From contig NC_057724.1 of assembly GCF_004010195.1 (NCBI RefSeq), forward strand, positions 41,086,819 to 41,150,818: a DNA stretch of 64,000 nucleotides, written 5' to 3'. The position numbers were made by a program, and so were the translations under genes. The notes under the pieces are model-generated. The model was not told the DNA's origin, ran no database searches, and saw only the letters and a list, made by a program, of their open reading frames with translations. Of this stretch, positions 40,247 to 52,458 are shown in pieces; position 1 is the stretch's first letter, and each line of letters begins with the position of its first letter. This DNA comes from Chiloscyllium plagiosum (lineage: Eukaryota).

Positions 40247-40506
40247 TATTGGATTCTCAGCAATATAAATTCCAAAAGTCCTTGGTGCCAATGAATAACT
40301 GTAGTAACTCCAAAAGTCATCGAGAGAGTGCTTCTTATCTTGTAACTCTGATTCTTATTCAGCTGTCAATCCATAGTTGAGCTGTAAAGCCAAATAGCCA
40401 TCCTGCAGTAGAATCTTTCTCTGGAAGTTTCAGATCTGGAAGATGCACATCATGTCACCCAAGATAAGTGTAATTCTTCTCTTGCATTTCAATTTCAAAA
40501 CAAATC
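40247..40506 (-). other. NLGN3: Probable 5'UTR part of the first coding exon of NLGN3
   Basis: Good acceptor tttatttctctttacttatcacag|G with AG at 40508-40507. Neuroligin first coding exons typically carry a few hundred nt of UTR. No transcript evidence. Confidence 0.6.
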
Positions 40507-43113
40507 CTGTGATAAGTAAAGAGAAATAAATTTAACTTGTGCACCCATACATGAAACTCTGTATGTCGGGAAGAGATAAAAATGGATTTTAAAAAATGCA
40601 GCAAATGAGTAAACACAGATGAACAGTCATTAAAGCCTGAACCACTCAAATGTGCTATTTTATTCATTAAGAGGAACACAGTGTTTAACCTTGATCAGAT
40701 GACACCTTTCATTTAAAACACACCTTCATATTTCAGTTAGAAGCCAGACCTAAATCTTCTGCCCACATTTCTCTACTCCAAGGGGCTATTAAAGGAGATT
40801 GTAAGCCATAACAAGGATTCTTCCTTTTACTCTCATGAGATACCTCAGCAGAACTCTCAGGGAGTTAAACGATGGCATGAGTTCTAAATCTTTACTAGAA
40901 CAAGGTGATCAATCCAGATGAATTACCCTCGCGTGATGAGCAGTAACCAAAATTTTAAAACTTAATATTTATGTATTTAAGACTTAATGGCATGGCACTT
41001 TTACATTTCAAATGTGCAAGCTGGGCCAGGTTGAGGTGATCATCCTCATAAACCCAGATACAGAAATAACAAACTGATCCTGATGTCTCAAATTTGGGAT
41101 GAGCTATCTAGCCTGTGGCACAGTGGATGAGGAAACACAACTTAGCAACTTTTGTACTGATGTAGCAGAGTTCTTGGAACTTCAGAGACACTGTATATAG
41201 ACAATTAATTTACAATTAGAACTTAATGACTGATGAAGGCATTTCTAAAATTTGAAGTGACCCAATGGAACTAAAATCACAATATAATTATTTTCAGGTC
41301 AGCTGTTAAAATGGTGCTAGAAATTACAATAGAAAAATCAATGTAGATTTTCTAATATGATTGCAGTATGCATCCAAATGATTAGAGACATATTTGCCCT
41401 GACATGGACAGAAACAAGACTTTTTTGACTCAAGTTTCCAAGGTCAGCATATTATCAATTATATATAGCAAAAGATGCAGATTTAGACATGTGGTGGAAG
41501 TAGAAAATTATATATCATTGAAATTTAAAGGATGGAGATAATTAATGGTTGCAAGGAGTTCCTGCTGCATCACTGCATACTTTATTGCATGCCTGCTGAG
41601 AGAAAGAGTCAAGCTTCAAGCTGTAAATGAGTATACTGTCACTGAACGCACCAGCTCAATGCTGCATGGCAGTTCTGTTATACTTGGAGCAGATGGCACT
41701 TATCTACAAGTGGATTTGTCAGGGCTCAGAATATGTAAAGATAGTTCCCCAAAATAGATATACCAGAACTTTTAGTATCAATGATGGTGCAGTCAATCAG
41801 GGTACACTGGCAGTTGATAAGTCCATGTATAAATTATTTTTTGCAGTGCCATTGAAAACCTGGCAATTAGTTGCACCTTGTTTTTCAGAGCATCCAACAC
41901 ATCAGTTAGTTAACATACTCCTACCTTGATAGTGCTATTGTTCCTGTTGTACCAGCTTGCTTTGGGTATCAGAGCCTGCATCCCTCAAACTGTCAAAATG
42001 GGACATGTTCATCTCTTTCTTGTTATTTTCCTTCTCCGTGCCACTCCTACTCTGACCTCTCTATTCTCAGCCATCACCATTGTTCCAACAAAACTCAACA
42101 GAAACTCAAGGAACAGCACATCATCATAATTATGTTGCAGACTCAACATTAAAGTTCAACAACTTCATAACAACCGTTACTCCCAGTTTTTTGAAGACCG
42201 TGTTCTGGTAATGATTCTGTTGTTCACTTTATCACTCTTGCTTTTCAACCTACCAGAACTTCCATTTTGTCCTTTCTATTCCCTCAGCCCTTTCTATGTC
42301 TCTGCTGGTTTAAAGCCTGTTACACTGGAAGCATTGTCTAGTTCTGATGAAACAGCATTGCTCCTAACACTCAGCTGGATTTTGGATGCCTTTTCTGCTG
42401 TGTTTGTGGCGGGGAATTGAAATACAGGGTAGGTGCTCACTCTGAACTCATCCCAAAAAAAGGTTGTCAGTTACTGCAATTGACAGGACACCAACCATAT
42501 ATAGATAAATAGGTGTTAATTGAATCTGTTAAAAATTCAATTGACCTGATAATACACTGCCACACAATCATACAGTTGGCATGACCAGTTACGTGGCAGT
42601 CAGCTGCCCATTTTTAAAAATTTTTTTAAAAAGGAGGAACCAAGGCTGATCATCATCATCATCAGGGGATGCCCTTCATGGATTGGGACATTCCTACTCT
42701 CTCCAGGGTTGGCAATGCTCTCTAAAATCCATTACCAAACCCCTCACCATATCCCACTCTGAAAGCCAGTGATACTTTCACTGTTCAATACCCCTTACCT
42801 GGTTTAGGATTTAAGCTGAAATGATTAATTGGCATTATGAAATAGGCTTTGCCCATCAGGAGAAATAAAAGCTCCTCGGGAGGAGATAACTAGTTCTCCA
42901 AGAGTTTCTAAAGATTTGTTGGTGCTTTGTGCTTGTTACCAATGCTGTTCTAACAATTATAATGTGAACTTACTCTTGTCTCATAAGAGAAATGAGAAAT
43001 ATGTAATAAATTTATTTCATATTCATCAAGATTGAGCCTTTCTTCTGCTTAAGGCATCATGTGGACATTCTTTTCCACATGGTATCAGTTGCCTTGACTG
43101 ATACCAAAAGGCT

Positions 43114-43445
43114 GGGAGAAAGTGAGATCTGCAGATGATGGTGATTAGAATCAAAAAGGGTGTGGTGCTGGAAAAGCACAGCCAGTCAGGCAGCATCCGA
43201 GCAGTAGCAGAATCAACGTTTCAAGCTTAAGCTCTTCATCAGGAATGAGGGGGTGGGGCTGGGAGGAAGGTAGCAATAGGGAGACAAAGTAGGAGGTGAA
43301 GGTAATAAGTCGGAGTGGAGGGTGGAGCGGATAGGTGGGAAGGAAGATGGACAGGTAGCACAGGTCAAGAGGGCAGTACCGATTTGGAAGGTTGGATCTG
43401 GGATAAGGTGGAGGAAGAGGAAATGCGGAAACTGGTTCACCACTT
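43114..43445 (-). mobile_element. Penelope 3' terminal fragment
   Basis: Similar to 54357-54700 and 1471-1582; contains a hammerhead. Confidence 0.85.
43215..43242 (-). ncRNA. Minimal hammerhead motif, core intact (family 1 variant)
   Basis: CTGATGA-A-GAGC-TTAA-GCTT-GAAA-CGTT; stem II differs from other copies but still pairs. Confidence 0.7.
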
Positions 43446-44289
43446 CATTTCCCCACTTCATCTGACATTATAAGAGCTAACAGCTTGTGAGGGCAGGACC
43501 CCCTCTGTAGTGAGTGGGGCAAGTTCCAGGCTGCCCTTGTGAACACCATTTAAAGCGAGTATCACTGCAGAGTAGACATTTATTTCACTGACCTACTTTT
43601 AGTCGGGGGTTGGACAGTCTGCACACTTCCTGCTAATGCAGATTGCTCTACTCCTCTGCCTCCATAGATGCTCCCTAAACAACTGAGTATTTCTAGACTT
43701 TTCAGTTTGTATTGTTCTCTCTAACTGAAGATGCATATGTATGGCTACTGACTATTATGTGAAAAGTACTCTTAGAGAAATGGGACTTGTTTCCATTCCC
43801 TACATTACACTCCTTCTTTCAGACATAACAGTTAGAAGGATTCCCAGTGGAGGCAGAAGTAAAATTTCAAATAAATCTGAACAGAGCCTTGTTAGAACCC
43901 AAATATGCAAAGAAGAAGAAAAAAATCAAAATCTCTAAAAGATATTTACCTTATTATCATTTTCAGGATCATTCTTGTATTTGAAAACAATTTTGGGTAA
44001 ACATTTCACAAAGGCATAATAATAATTAGATATGCTGCTCGGAACACATTTGCAGGATGTCCATTTCCACAAATAAAATGTAAATAATTCTCTCACATAT
44101 TTCATCTAAGTGTTTCTCACAAAGTCATCTCTAACCAATGGAAATATTGCCTTTGAGGGAAACTAAGCATTACAGTAAAATAACCTTTCAATTCCACAAC
44201 ATTAAGTAGTCAGAGAACAAATAAAAGAAGTGACTGGGCTTAAAATAGAGAATTCCAGTAAAATGGTAAAGATTCTATATGACTATTTC

Positions 44290-44830
44290 TCACAAGTATC
44301 TGCAAAGAAAGTCTTAAGCTGTGTGCCCTCTTAAAGAAAACTAGTCCACAAAAAGATCAATGACTTTATCCTAGAGTAGTTTTGAACATGACCAAACAAA
44401 AAAAACGCTTAGGGTGGATGGCATTTATGTCTGAATACTGAGGCAGAGAAGGAAACTTTGAGTCACTGATGACTATTATTGAGAAGTCAATAGACACTGG
44501 AGACATGCCAGTCGATTGAGAACAGGCGAATATTGTTCCCACTATTGAAAAGAAAGGATGATGGACCAGACACAGGAAACGACAGAGCCATTAATCTTAC
44601 ATTCATTCCATGCAAAATAGTGGAATTGGTTGTCAGAATAAACTAAGTATCATTTACACAATGGTAAACTAATTTACAGCAGTAAATGTGGACTCAAATG
44701 AACCTTGCTGAGCAACCTTCTCATCTTCTCTGGGGAAATGACAGCTACAGTGGATGTGGGAAACCTTATGACATTGTGTATCTCAACTGTCAAAAGGCTT
44801 TTGGCAAATGTCCATATGAAATGTTAGCAA
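44290..44830 (+). mobile_element. Ancient CR1 RT fragment
   Basis: P.D.R.ANIVP, GN.R.INLT.IPCKI.E, DIVYLNCQKAF.K.P patterns. Confidence 0.65.
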
Positions 44831-46409
44831 AAGGCGAGGTGGTGGTGTAATGGTAATATAATTGGACTAGAAATCGAGGCTCATGATCTTGGAACATGGG
44901 TTTAGAATCCCACCATGGCAAACAGTGGGATTTGACTTCAATAAAATCTGTGGTAATCTATTAGTGATCAATTGTCAATTCTTGTGAAAACACATTTGGT
45001 TCACTTACGTGCTTTAGAGAAGAAAATCTTCAATGTTTACCTTGTTTGACCTACATGTGACTCCAGACCCACAGCAATGCAGTTGGTTCAGAACTACCTT
45101 TTGAAATGGCCAGGAGGTCACTCAATTGCATTACTACAATATCTGAAGAAAGAAATGAAACTGTATAGATCACCTGAAATTGAACAAGATACTGGAAATG
45201 CGGCAATAGCAAACCTATCCAAACTGACCTCACAAAGTCCTCCCAATGAAATCTGGTAGCTTTTGCCAAAATTGGGAGAGCTGTCCCGTAGACTAGTCAA
45301 GAAACAGCCTGACACAGTCAAACCAAAAAATGATTCTGAACATCACAATCCTTGAGTATGTCCTATGACAGGACAGACCAATGAGAGGTGATGGTGGCAC
45401 AGTGATTTACAGCTGGAAGGGAGTCACCCTGGAAATTCTCAACCTTCACTCCAGACCGAGCATCAGGTCAAACAATGGACAAGGAAACCAAGGCAATCAC
45501 AAGTAACCTTTACTGACTAAGCTTATCTGTCCTGAAAGACATAGCTACTAACAGGGTCTGTGACAGGTGTAAGGGAACCCAGAATGAAATACTTACATAA
45601 TCTCATTCTCACTAATGTACCTATCACATGTACATCCATCGATGACAGTTGGAGTGGTTGGAGTGAATACCTTACATTCCTTGTGGAGGTGAAACCCAGC
45701 ATTTATCTTAAGGATATGCTGTCTCTTGATCGCCATGATAAATGGAACAGACTTCAACCAGATCTCACAACTCTAAACTGGGCATCCATGAGACATTGTG
45801 GACCATCAGAAGCAGCAGAATTGTATTCATCTAAAATCTTCAAAGTCCTGGTGCCACACTCCACTATTCCCATCAAGCCAGGGAAATAACCTTGGTTAAA
45901 AAAAAAAGTGCAGGAGGGCATGCCAGGAATAGCATTAAGCATGTCTAAAACTGAGGTGTGAACCTACAACACAAGACTACTTGCATGCCAAACAGCAGAA
46001 GCAGATGCAATATACAGGATTAACCAATCTCCCAACCAACAGATTATATCTAAGATTTGCAGTGCTACCACATACCGCCATGAATGGTGGCAGACAATTA
46101 CACAACTAACCTGAGAATGAAGTTCCGCATATTTTCCCACCCTCAATAATAGGGGAGACCAGCACATTAGTGCAAAAGATAAGGCCAAAGTATTTTCATC
46201 CAACTTCAGCCAGAAGTGCCAAATAGGTGATCCTCCTCCTCTGAGGTCCTCAGCATCACAGATGCCAACTTTATCCAAATTAATTCATGCCATATCATAT
46301 CAAAAAATGGCTGAAGACACTGGATACCACAAAGACTGTGGTGTCTGATGATATTTCAACAATAAGGGAAAACACTCCAGTGGTTACAGTCATACTTAGT
46401 ACAAAGGAA

Positions 46410-46583
46410 ACTAGAAAAGCACAGCAGGTCAGGCAGCATCCAAGCAGCATGAGAATCAAGGTTTCGGGCATAAGCCCTTCAGCAGGAATGAAATGTCAAC
46501 TCTCCTGCTCCCTGGATGCTGCCTGACTTGCTGTGCTTTTCCGGCACCAGGGTGATCTCCAGCATCTGCAGTCCTCACTTTCT
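46410..46583. mobile_element. Penelope terminal mini-insert, head-to-head inverted, mutated hammerhead (46485-46458)
   Basis: 46413-46455 pairs with 46500-46542; TSD cttagtacaaaggaa (46395-46409) / cttagcacaaaggaa (46584-46598). Confidence 0.85.
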
Positions 46584-46649
46584 CTTAGCACAAAGGAAGC
46601 AAATTGTTGGTTGTTTGGAGCACAATTATCGTGGCTCAAGCATATGTCT

Positions 46650-47336
46650 TGTGATGATGCTGTGGCTTTAAAGTTATTTTGTCCTGTTTTGAAGAGAGAT
46701 AGTAAGGCAGAGATAAAGATAAATCTACCAAAACTACTGGAGTCAACAGTTTGTGAGGCCTGGGTTTTTTTTCTTAAAAATTTGAACAATACAGGCACCC
46801 TGGGCGGGTGTGGCCCGCTTGCAAAGATGAGGATTTCTAGTTTTTGTTTAGATTTTTGATTCAGCTTTAAGCGCCTGTTGTTGTTGACTTGAAGAAGTAG
46901 AAGCTATCTTTTCTCTCTCTCGGTTACAGCTAGATCCTGGGGTTTCTCTCTGCTGCTGGGTAACCTGTGAGACAAGCCTATTTGTTTGAATTTTCCTTTT
47001 TGTCAAGGGCTGCGTTTATGGGATGTTACTATATTGGAACAGTTATTTAGTAACAAGTACTGAATCTATTATTCTGTTAAATTTTCCAATAAACTTAATT
47101 TATTCTACGTTATTCTTTCTTTTGCTTGTATTTTAACTATAATGTTTCAGTAACTTGTGTTTTTACTTAAGGTCGAGTTGTTTGACCAATCGCATTTAGT
47201 CATAGAATCATAGAGATGAACAGCATGGAAACAGATCTGGAACGAGGCACTTCACATTTGCCTTTAAAGCAAGATCAATTTAGGGTCTAGACTATGTTCT
47301 TAAAATATTTTGCAGAGTCTGTTCTGGTCCAGAACA
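46650..47336 (+). mobile_element. Probable solo LTR
   Basis: Starts TGT, ends ACA, internal AATAAA near 47088, cleanly interrupts the host LINE just before its GVPQGS-type codons; TSD not clean. Confidence 0.5.
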
Positions 47337-48671
47337 CTTTGTAGGAGGTCCTCAGTGTAGTATCCCAGGCACAACCTTTTTCAGCTAATTTCAAATGACA
47401 TTCTCTCCATCACAAAGGTCAGAAGTGGGGATGTTCACTTATGATTGCACAATGTTCAGCCCCATTAGTGACTCCTCAAATGCTGTGTCAGTATGCAGCA
47501 AGACGTGGACAATATTCCTGTTTGTACTGCTAAGTTGCAAGTAAGATTTGTGCCACACAAATATCAGACAATGACTCTCTCCAACAATGCCAATACCCCT
47601 TCACCTTCATTGGCACAATCATCACTGAATCCCTCATTATCAACCTCCTGGGAGTTACCAATGACTAGAAACTGGACAAGCTATATCCATACTAGCATTA
47701 TGAGAATAGGACGCAGTCTAAGAGTTCTGCAGAGAGTAATTCCTGTCTCCCAATGCCTGTCCACCATCAACAATCACAAGTATGACGCAATATTCTCCAC
47801 TTGCTGGGATGAATGCAGCTTTCAAGAAATTCAACACTATTCAAAGCAAAACAGCCCACTGGACTGGCATCCCATCAATAACCTTCAGCATTCACACACT
47901 TCCATACTCTTACAGTGTGACAGCATTGTATACCATCTTAAAGATGCATTGCGGTTTCTCACCAAGGTTCCTCTGACGGCACCTTCCAAACTGTGACCTT
48001 TATTACTTAAAAGCCAAGGAGAGCTGTTATATTGAAATAAATTCCCCTCCAAGCCCCTCACCATCTTGACTTGGAACTGTATTGCTTGTTCCTTCACTGT
48101 GGCCAGATCATATCCTTGCAAAATGCAACTTTATAGCACTATGTGTGTACCTACCCCTAAAGACAACAACAGTTCAAGACAGCAGCTCACCACATTCTCC
48201 AGGGCAGTTATGGATGAGCAATAAATGTTGGCCTGATTACACATTCCATAGGCAATTTAAATTTACAATAAATTTCAAAAATAGGGTTAAAAATCTGACT
48301 GAACAATAGGAGAAACATAAGCTCACTAATATGATATCAGGTTAAGAAAATGCAGTGAATCAAGTATCCCAAGGCTCTTAGCTCAAATCAGATTCAGAAT
48401 AAAATTCACAAAATGGTCAAATGTGGATAACAAATAGAATCAAAAGAGACAATTTGGAAATTACAGAATATGATAAGTATGTTAAGCAAGAAGTTTGAAT
48501 ACTCGTGAATGGAATGGAATGCAACTGTGAAGTACTCTACATAAAAAAAAATAGGCAACTCACACATTTCATAAATAATGTTGAAACAGTTTGGAATGAA
48601 GCTGAGAGATACTTTGGAATAGGAGCCTTAAGAGTAGATAGGACAGTGAGTTTTAAGAAGATTTGAGGTTC

Positions 48672-48895
48672 TGGATGTAGATTTGCTCACTGAACTTGAA
48701 GGTTCATTTTCAGGCGTTTCATCATCATCCTACTAGGGAACATCTTCAGTGAGCCTCCAGATGAAGCCTAAACACAAATAGAAAGCGGGCTACACCACCA
48801 GTGTTTCATCTGGAGGCTCACGGATAACGTTACCTAGTATGGTGACAAAACGTCTGAAAACGAACCTTCCAACTCAGTGAGCAAACCTAAATCCA
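48672..48895. mobile_element. Penelope-like (family 3) inverted terminal pair, ~95-bp arms, each with a decayed hammerhead
   Basis: 48672-48766 is reverse-complementary to 48804-48895; combined consensus tca-CTGAAGA-T-GTTACC-TAGTAT-GGTGAC-GAAA-CGTC-tga. Confidence 0.7.
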
Positions 48896-49484
48896 TAGGT
48901 AGGATAGAGTTTGATCATGTGTTATAGTATAAAAGTGGGTGATGGCAAAGCAGCAGCCCATTTTAAATCCCAGTCAATGTTTATTTTGCTTGAAGTCACT
49001 GGAAATGAAAACTGGGAGAGATGTAAAATGGGATGCTAGTTTACCAGCACCTACTTGACACCATCACAGAGACCAGATCAGTTTCAATATGTTTAACTCA
49101 TGTATAGCAGTAATCACAAAAATAAAAAGATATTGAAATACAAAGCAAAAATAGTAGAATACAACTTATAGGAGGTAATGATTAAACTGTAGCATTCTGA
49201 ATAGATCAAATAGAACATCATTTTTGCACTTTGAAGAAATAACAGGTTCATTCAAACCCTGGAGGCAGTGCAGCCATAAAGAAAGCCTGAGTAGACGAGG
49301 GATGAAAATTTCCTCAGAACAGCTTCTGCTTCACTGCCACAACTTCATCAGAAACCCGGTGGAAGCTTCATCAACATTTTCAGAGAAGTGGGACAGCAGA
49401 AGCTCTGATGAAATACCCAGTAAAGATTTTGCAAATGAAGTGTGTACGGGAGCAATCCGATGGCAATAAATGATCTTTTTAAGA

Positions 49485-51586
49485 GTTGGAGAGTCATATA
49501 CCATGGAAGCAAACCCTTTGGTCTAATTTGTCTGCACCGGCCAGACATCCAAATCTGACCTATCCCTATTTGCCAGCATTTGGCCATATCCCTCTAAACG
49601 CTGCCTTTTAAATGTTGTAACTGTACCCGTCTCCTTCTCCACTACCTCCTCTGGCAGTTCATTCCATTCACACACCACCCTCTGCATGAAAGCATTATCT
49701 CTCAGGTCCTTCTTAAACCGTCATTTGTACAAATGATTTGGATGTGAACATAGGAGGTATAGTTAGTATGTTTGCAGATGACACCAAAATTGGAGGTATA
49801 GTCGACAGTGAAGAAGGTTACCTCAGAGTACAACGGAGTCTTGTTCAGATGAGCCAATGGGCTGAGGAGTGGCAGATGGAGTTTAATTGAGATAAATGTA
49901 AGGTGCTACATTTTGGAAAAGCAAGTCTTAGCAGGACTTGTACACTTAATGATAAGGTCTTGGGGAGTGTTGCTGAACAAAGAGCCCTTGGAGTGCAGGT
50001 TCATAGCTCTTTGAAAGTGGAGTCACACAGGTAGATAGGTCAGTGAAGAGACATTTGGTATGCTTTTCTTTATTAGTCAGAGCATCGAGTATAGGATTTG
50101 GGAGAGTATTGGTTTAACAGACATTGGTTAGGCCACTTATGGAATATTGTGTGCAATTCTAGTCTCCTTCCTATCTGATGAATGTTGTAAAACTTGAAAG
50201 GGTTCAAAAAAGATGATATTAAAAGGTTGAAGGGTTGAGCCATAGGGAGAGAATGAATAGGCTGGGGCTCATTTCCCTGGAGCGTTGGAAGCTGAGTGGT
50301 GAACTTATTGGGATTTATATAGGTAGGGTAAATAGACAAGGTCTTTTCCCTAGGGTGGGAAGTCCAGAACTAGAGGACATAGGTTAAGGTGAGAGGGGAA
50401 AATTTTACAAGGACCTATGGGACAACGTTTTCATGCAGAGGGTGGTACTTGTACGGAATGAACTTCCAAAGGAAGTGGTGGAGACTGGTACAATTGCAAC
50501 ATTTAAAAGGTATCTGAATGGAGGGATATGGGCCAAGTCCTGAAAAATGGGACTAGATTAGTTTATGATATCTGGTCGGGCAATGATGAGTTGGACCAAA
50601 GGGTCTGTTTCCATGCTTTACACCTTCATGACTCGAAATCATTGCCCTTTCACCTTTTACCTATGTCCTCTAGTTTTGGACTCCCCCACATCCTATTCAT
50701 GTCCCTCATGATTTTATAAACCTCTATAATATCATCCCTCAGCCTTCAATTCTCCAGGAACAATAACTTGAGCCTATTCAGCCGCTCCCTATAACTTAAA
50801 CCCTCTAGTTCCAGCAACATTCTTGAAAAGCTTTTCTGTCCCCTCTCAAATTTAACAAAATCCTTCCTCTCGTAGGGCGACCAGAATTGAAAGCTGTATT
50901 TTAAAAGTAGCCTCATCAATGTCCTGTACAGTTGCAAAATGACCTCCCAACTCCTTTACTCTGACCAATGTAGCCAAGCTTCTTCACCATCCTGTTGACC
51001 TGCAACTTTGCTTTCAAAGAACTGTGCACCTGCACCCCTATATTCAACAACACTCCCCAGGGCCCTACATTAAGTCTTTACGTCCTGTTCTGGTTTGCCT
51101 TATCAAAATGCAGCACCACACACATACCTAAATTATTCTACCACTCTTCAGCTCATTGCCTCATCTGATCAAAGTCCCATTGTACTCTAAGATAATCATC
51201 TTCATTGTCCACTACACCACCTATTTTGGTATCTTCTGCATACTAACTATATTCACACTCAAATCATTTATATAAATGACAAAAAGCAGTGGATCCAGCA
51301 CCAATCCTTGTGGTGCACCAATGGTCACAGCTCTCCAGTCTGAAAAGCAACATTCTACCACCACCCTCTGACTCCTATCTTCAAGTCAATTTTGTATCCA
51401 ATTGGCTAGCTCTCCCTGGATTCCATGTGATCTAACCTTATGAACCATTCTACATTGTTGCACCTTGTCGAACACTTTGCTAAAGTCCGTATAGACAATG
51501 TCTATTGCTGTGCCTTCATTAATCTTCTTTGTCGCCTCTTCAAAAAACTCAGTCAAGCTCACGAAATATGATTTCACATATAACAA
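49485..51586 (-). mobile_element. CR1 3' half, split by an oppositely oriented CR1
   Basis: 3' end at 49485-49718 continues at ~50640-51586 (LTEFFEE.TK.I.EG.A.DIVY.DFSK.FDKV). Confidence 0.85.
49720..50635 (+). mobile_element. CR1 3' part inserted in the opposite orientation
   Basis: NDLDVNIGGIVSMFADDTKIGG through the 3' tail. Confidence 0.9.
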
Positions 51587-51624
51587 AGATTATAGGAAAG
51601 TTTCACCTGTAATATTACTTTAAA

Positions 51625-51875
51625 AGGGGACATAAATTTAAGGTGAAGGGTGGAAGGTATAGGGGGGATGTCAGGAGTAGGTTCTTTACCCAGAGAGTGC
51701 TGGGGGCATGGAATGCGCTGCCTGTGGGAGTGGCAGAGTCAGAATCATTGGTGACCTTTAAGCGGCAATTGGATAGATACATGGATAGGTGCTTAAGCTA
51801 GGACAAATGTTCAGCACAACATCGTGGGCCGAAAGGCCTGTTCTGTGCTGAACTGTTCTATGTTCTATATTCTAA
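51625..51875 (+). mobile_element. CR1 3' end of another subfamily
   Basis: GHKFKV.GGRYRGDVRSRFFTQRV.GAWNALP; (GTTCTAT)n tail. Confidence 0.8.
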
Positions 51876-51899
51876 AAGAAGTGGAACTCATAAAATAAT

Positions 51900-52100
51900 C
51901 AAAAAACTGCACTTGCAGGAAATCTGAAACAAAAACAGAGGATTGGAGAAACTCAGTAGGTCTAGCAGCATCTGTAGAGAATAAACCAGAGTTAATGTTT
52001 CAAGGCCTGTGATCCTTCATCAGACATCATTCATCATTCATTTTTTGCACTTGCTGCTAGACCTGCTGTGTTTTTCCAGCAATCTCTGGGTTTTGTTTCA
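51900..52100. mobile_element. Penelope-like (family 4) terminal fragment with short inverted arms
   Basis: 51924-51968 pairs with 52053-52100; hammerhead remnant between them. Confidence 0.55.
51994..52023 (-). ncRNA. Decayed hammerhead motif (family 4)
   Basis: CTGATGA-AGGATCACAGGCCTT-GAAA-CATT; stem II imperfect. Confidence 0.45.
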
Positions 52101-52166
52101 AAGAAACATGTAAAAGTCAACTTGAAGACTGATGTCAGGAGGCCTTCTTAACAAGTAATGATCAAG

Positions 52167-52458
52167 ATGGGTGGCAAAGTGGCTCAGTGGTTAGCACTGC
52201 TGCCTCACAGCGCCAGGAACCTGGGTTCAATTCCGGACTCAGGTGACTGTGGAGTTTGCACATTCTCCCTCAGTCCAAAGATGTGCAGGTTAGGTGAACT
52301 GGCCATGCTAAATTGCCCATAGTTTTCAGGGATGTGTAGTTTAGGTGCGTTTGTCAGGGGAAATGTAGGGGAAAAGCTCTAAATGGGATACTCTTTGGAA
52401 GATTGGTGTGGACTTATTGGGCCAAATGGCCCTTTTCCACACTGTAGGGATTCTATGT
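52167..52458 (+). mobile_element. HE1-type SINE with internal deletion
   Basis: A and B boxes, truncated V-domain, gtagggattctatg tail. Confidence 0.85.

Larger units (their letters stand above)
44835..48240 (+). mobile_element. Old CR1/L2-group LINE with tRNA-like 5' head, interrupted by Penelope and LTR inserts
   Basis: PKLGELS.RLVKKQPD.V (APE start), RQDR..RG.GG, PTR.K.L..L.LTN, V.MF..DCTMF, MQQDVDNI..., F.P.K.Q.MT.S. Confidence 0.6.

Noticed and set aside
42344-42380. Additional hammerhead at ctgatgaaacagc
   Set aside because: Stem II and GAAA are not recoverable; at most a remnant of an old Penelope end.
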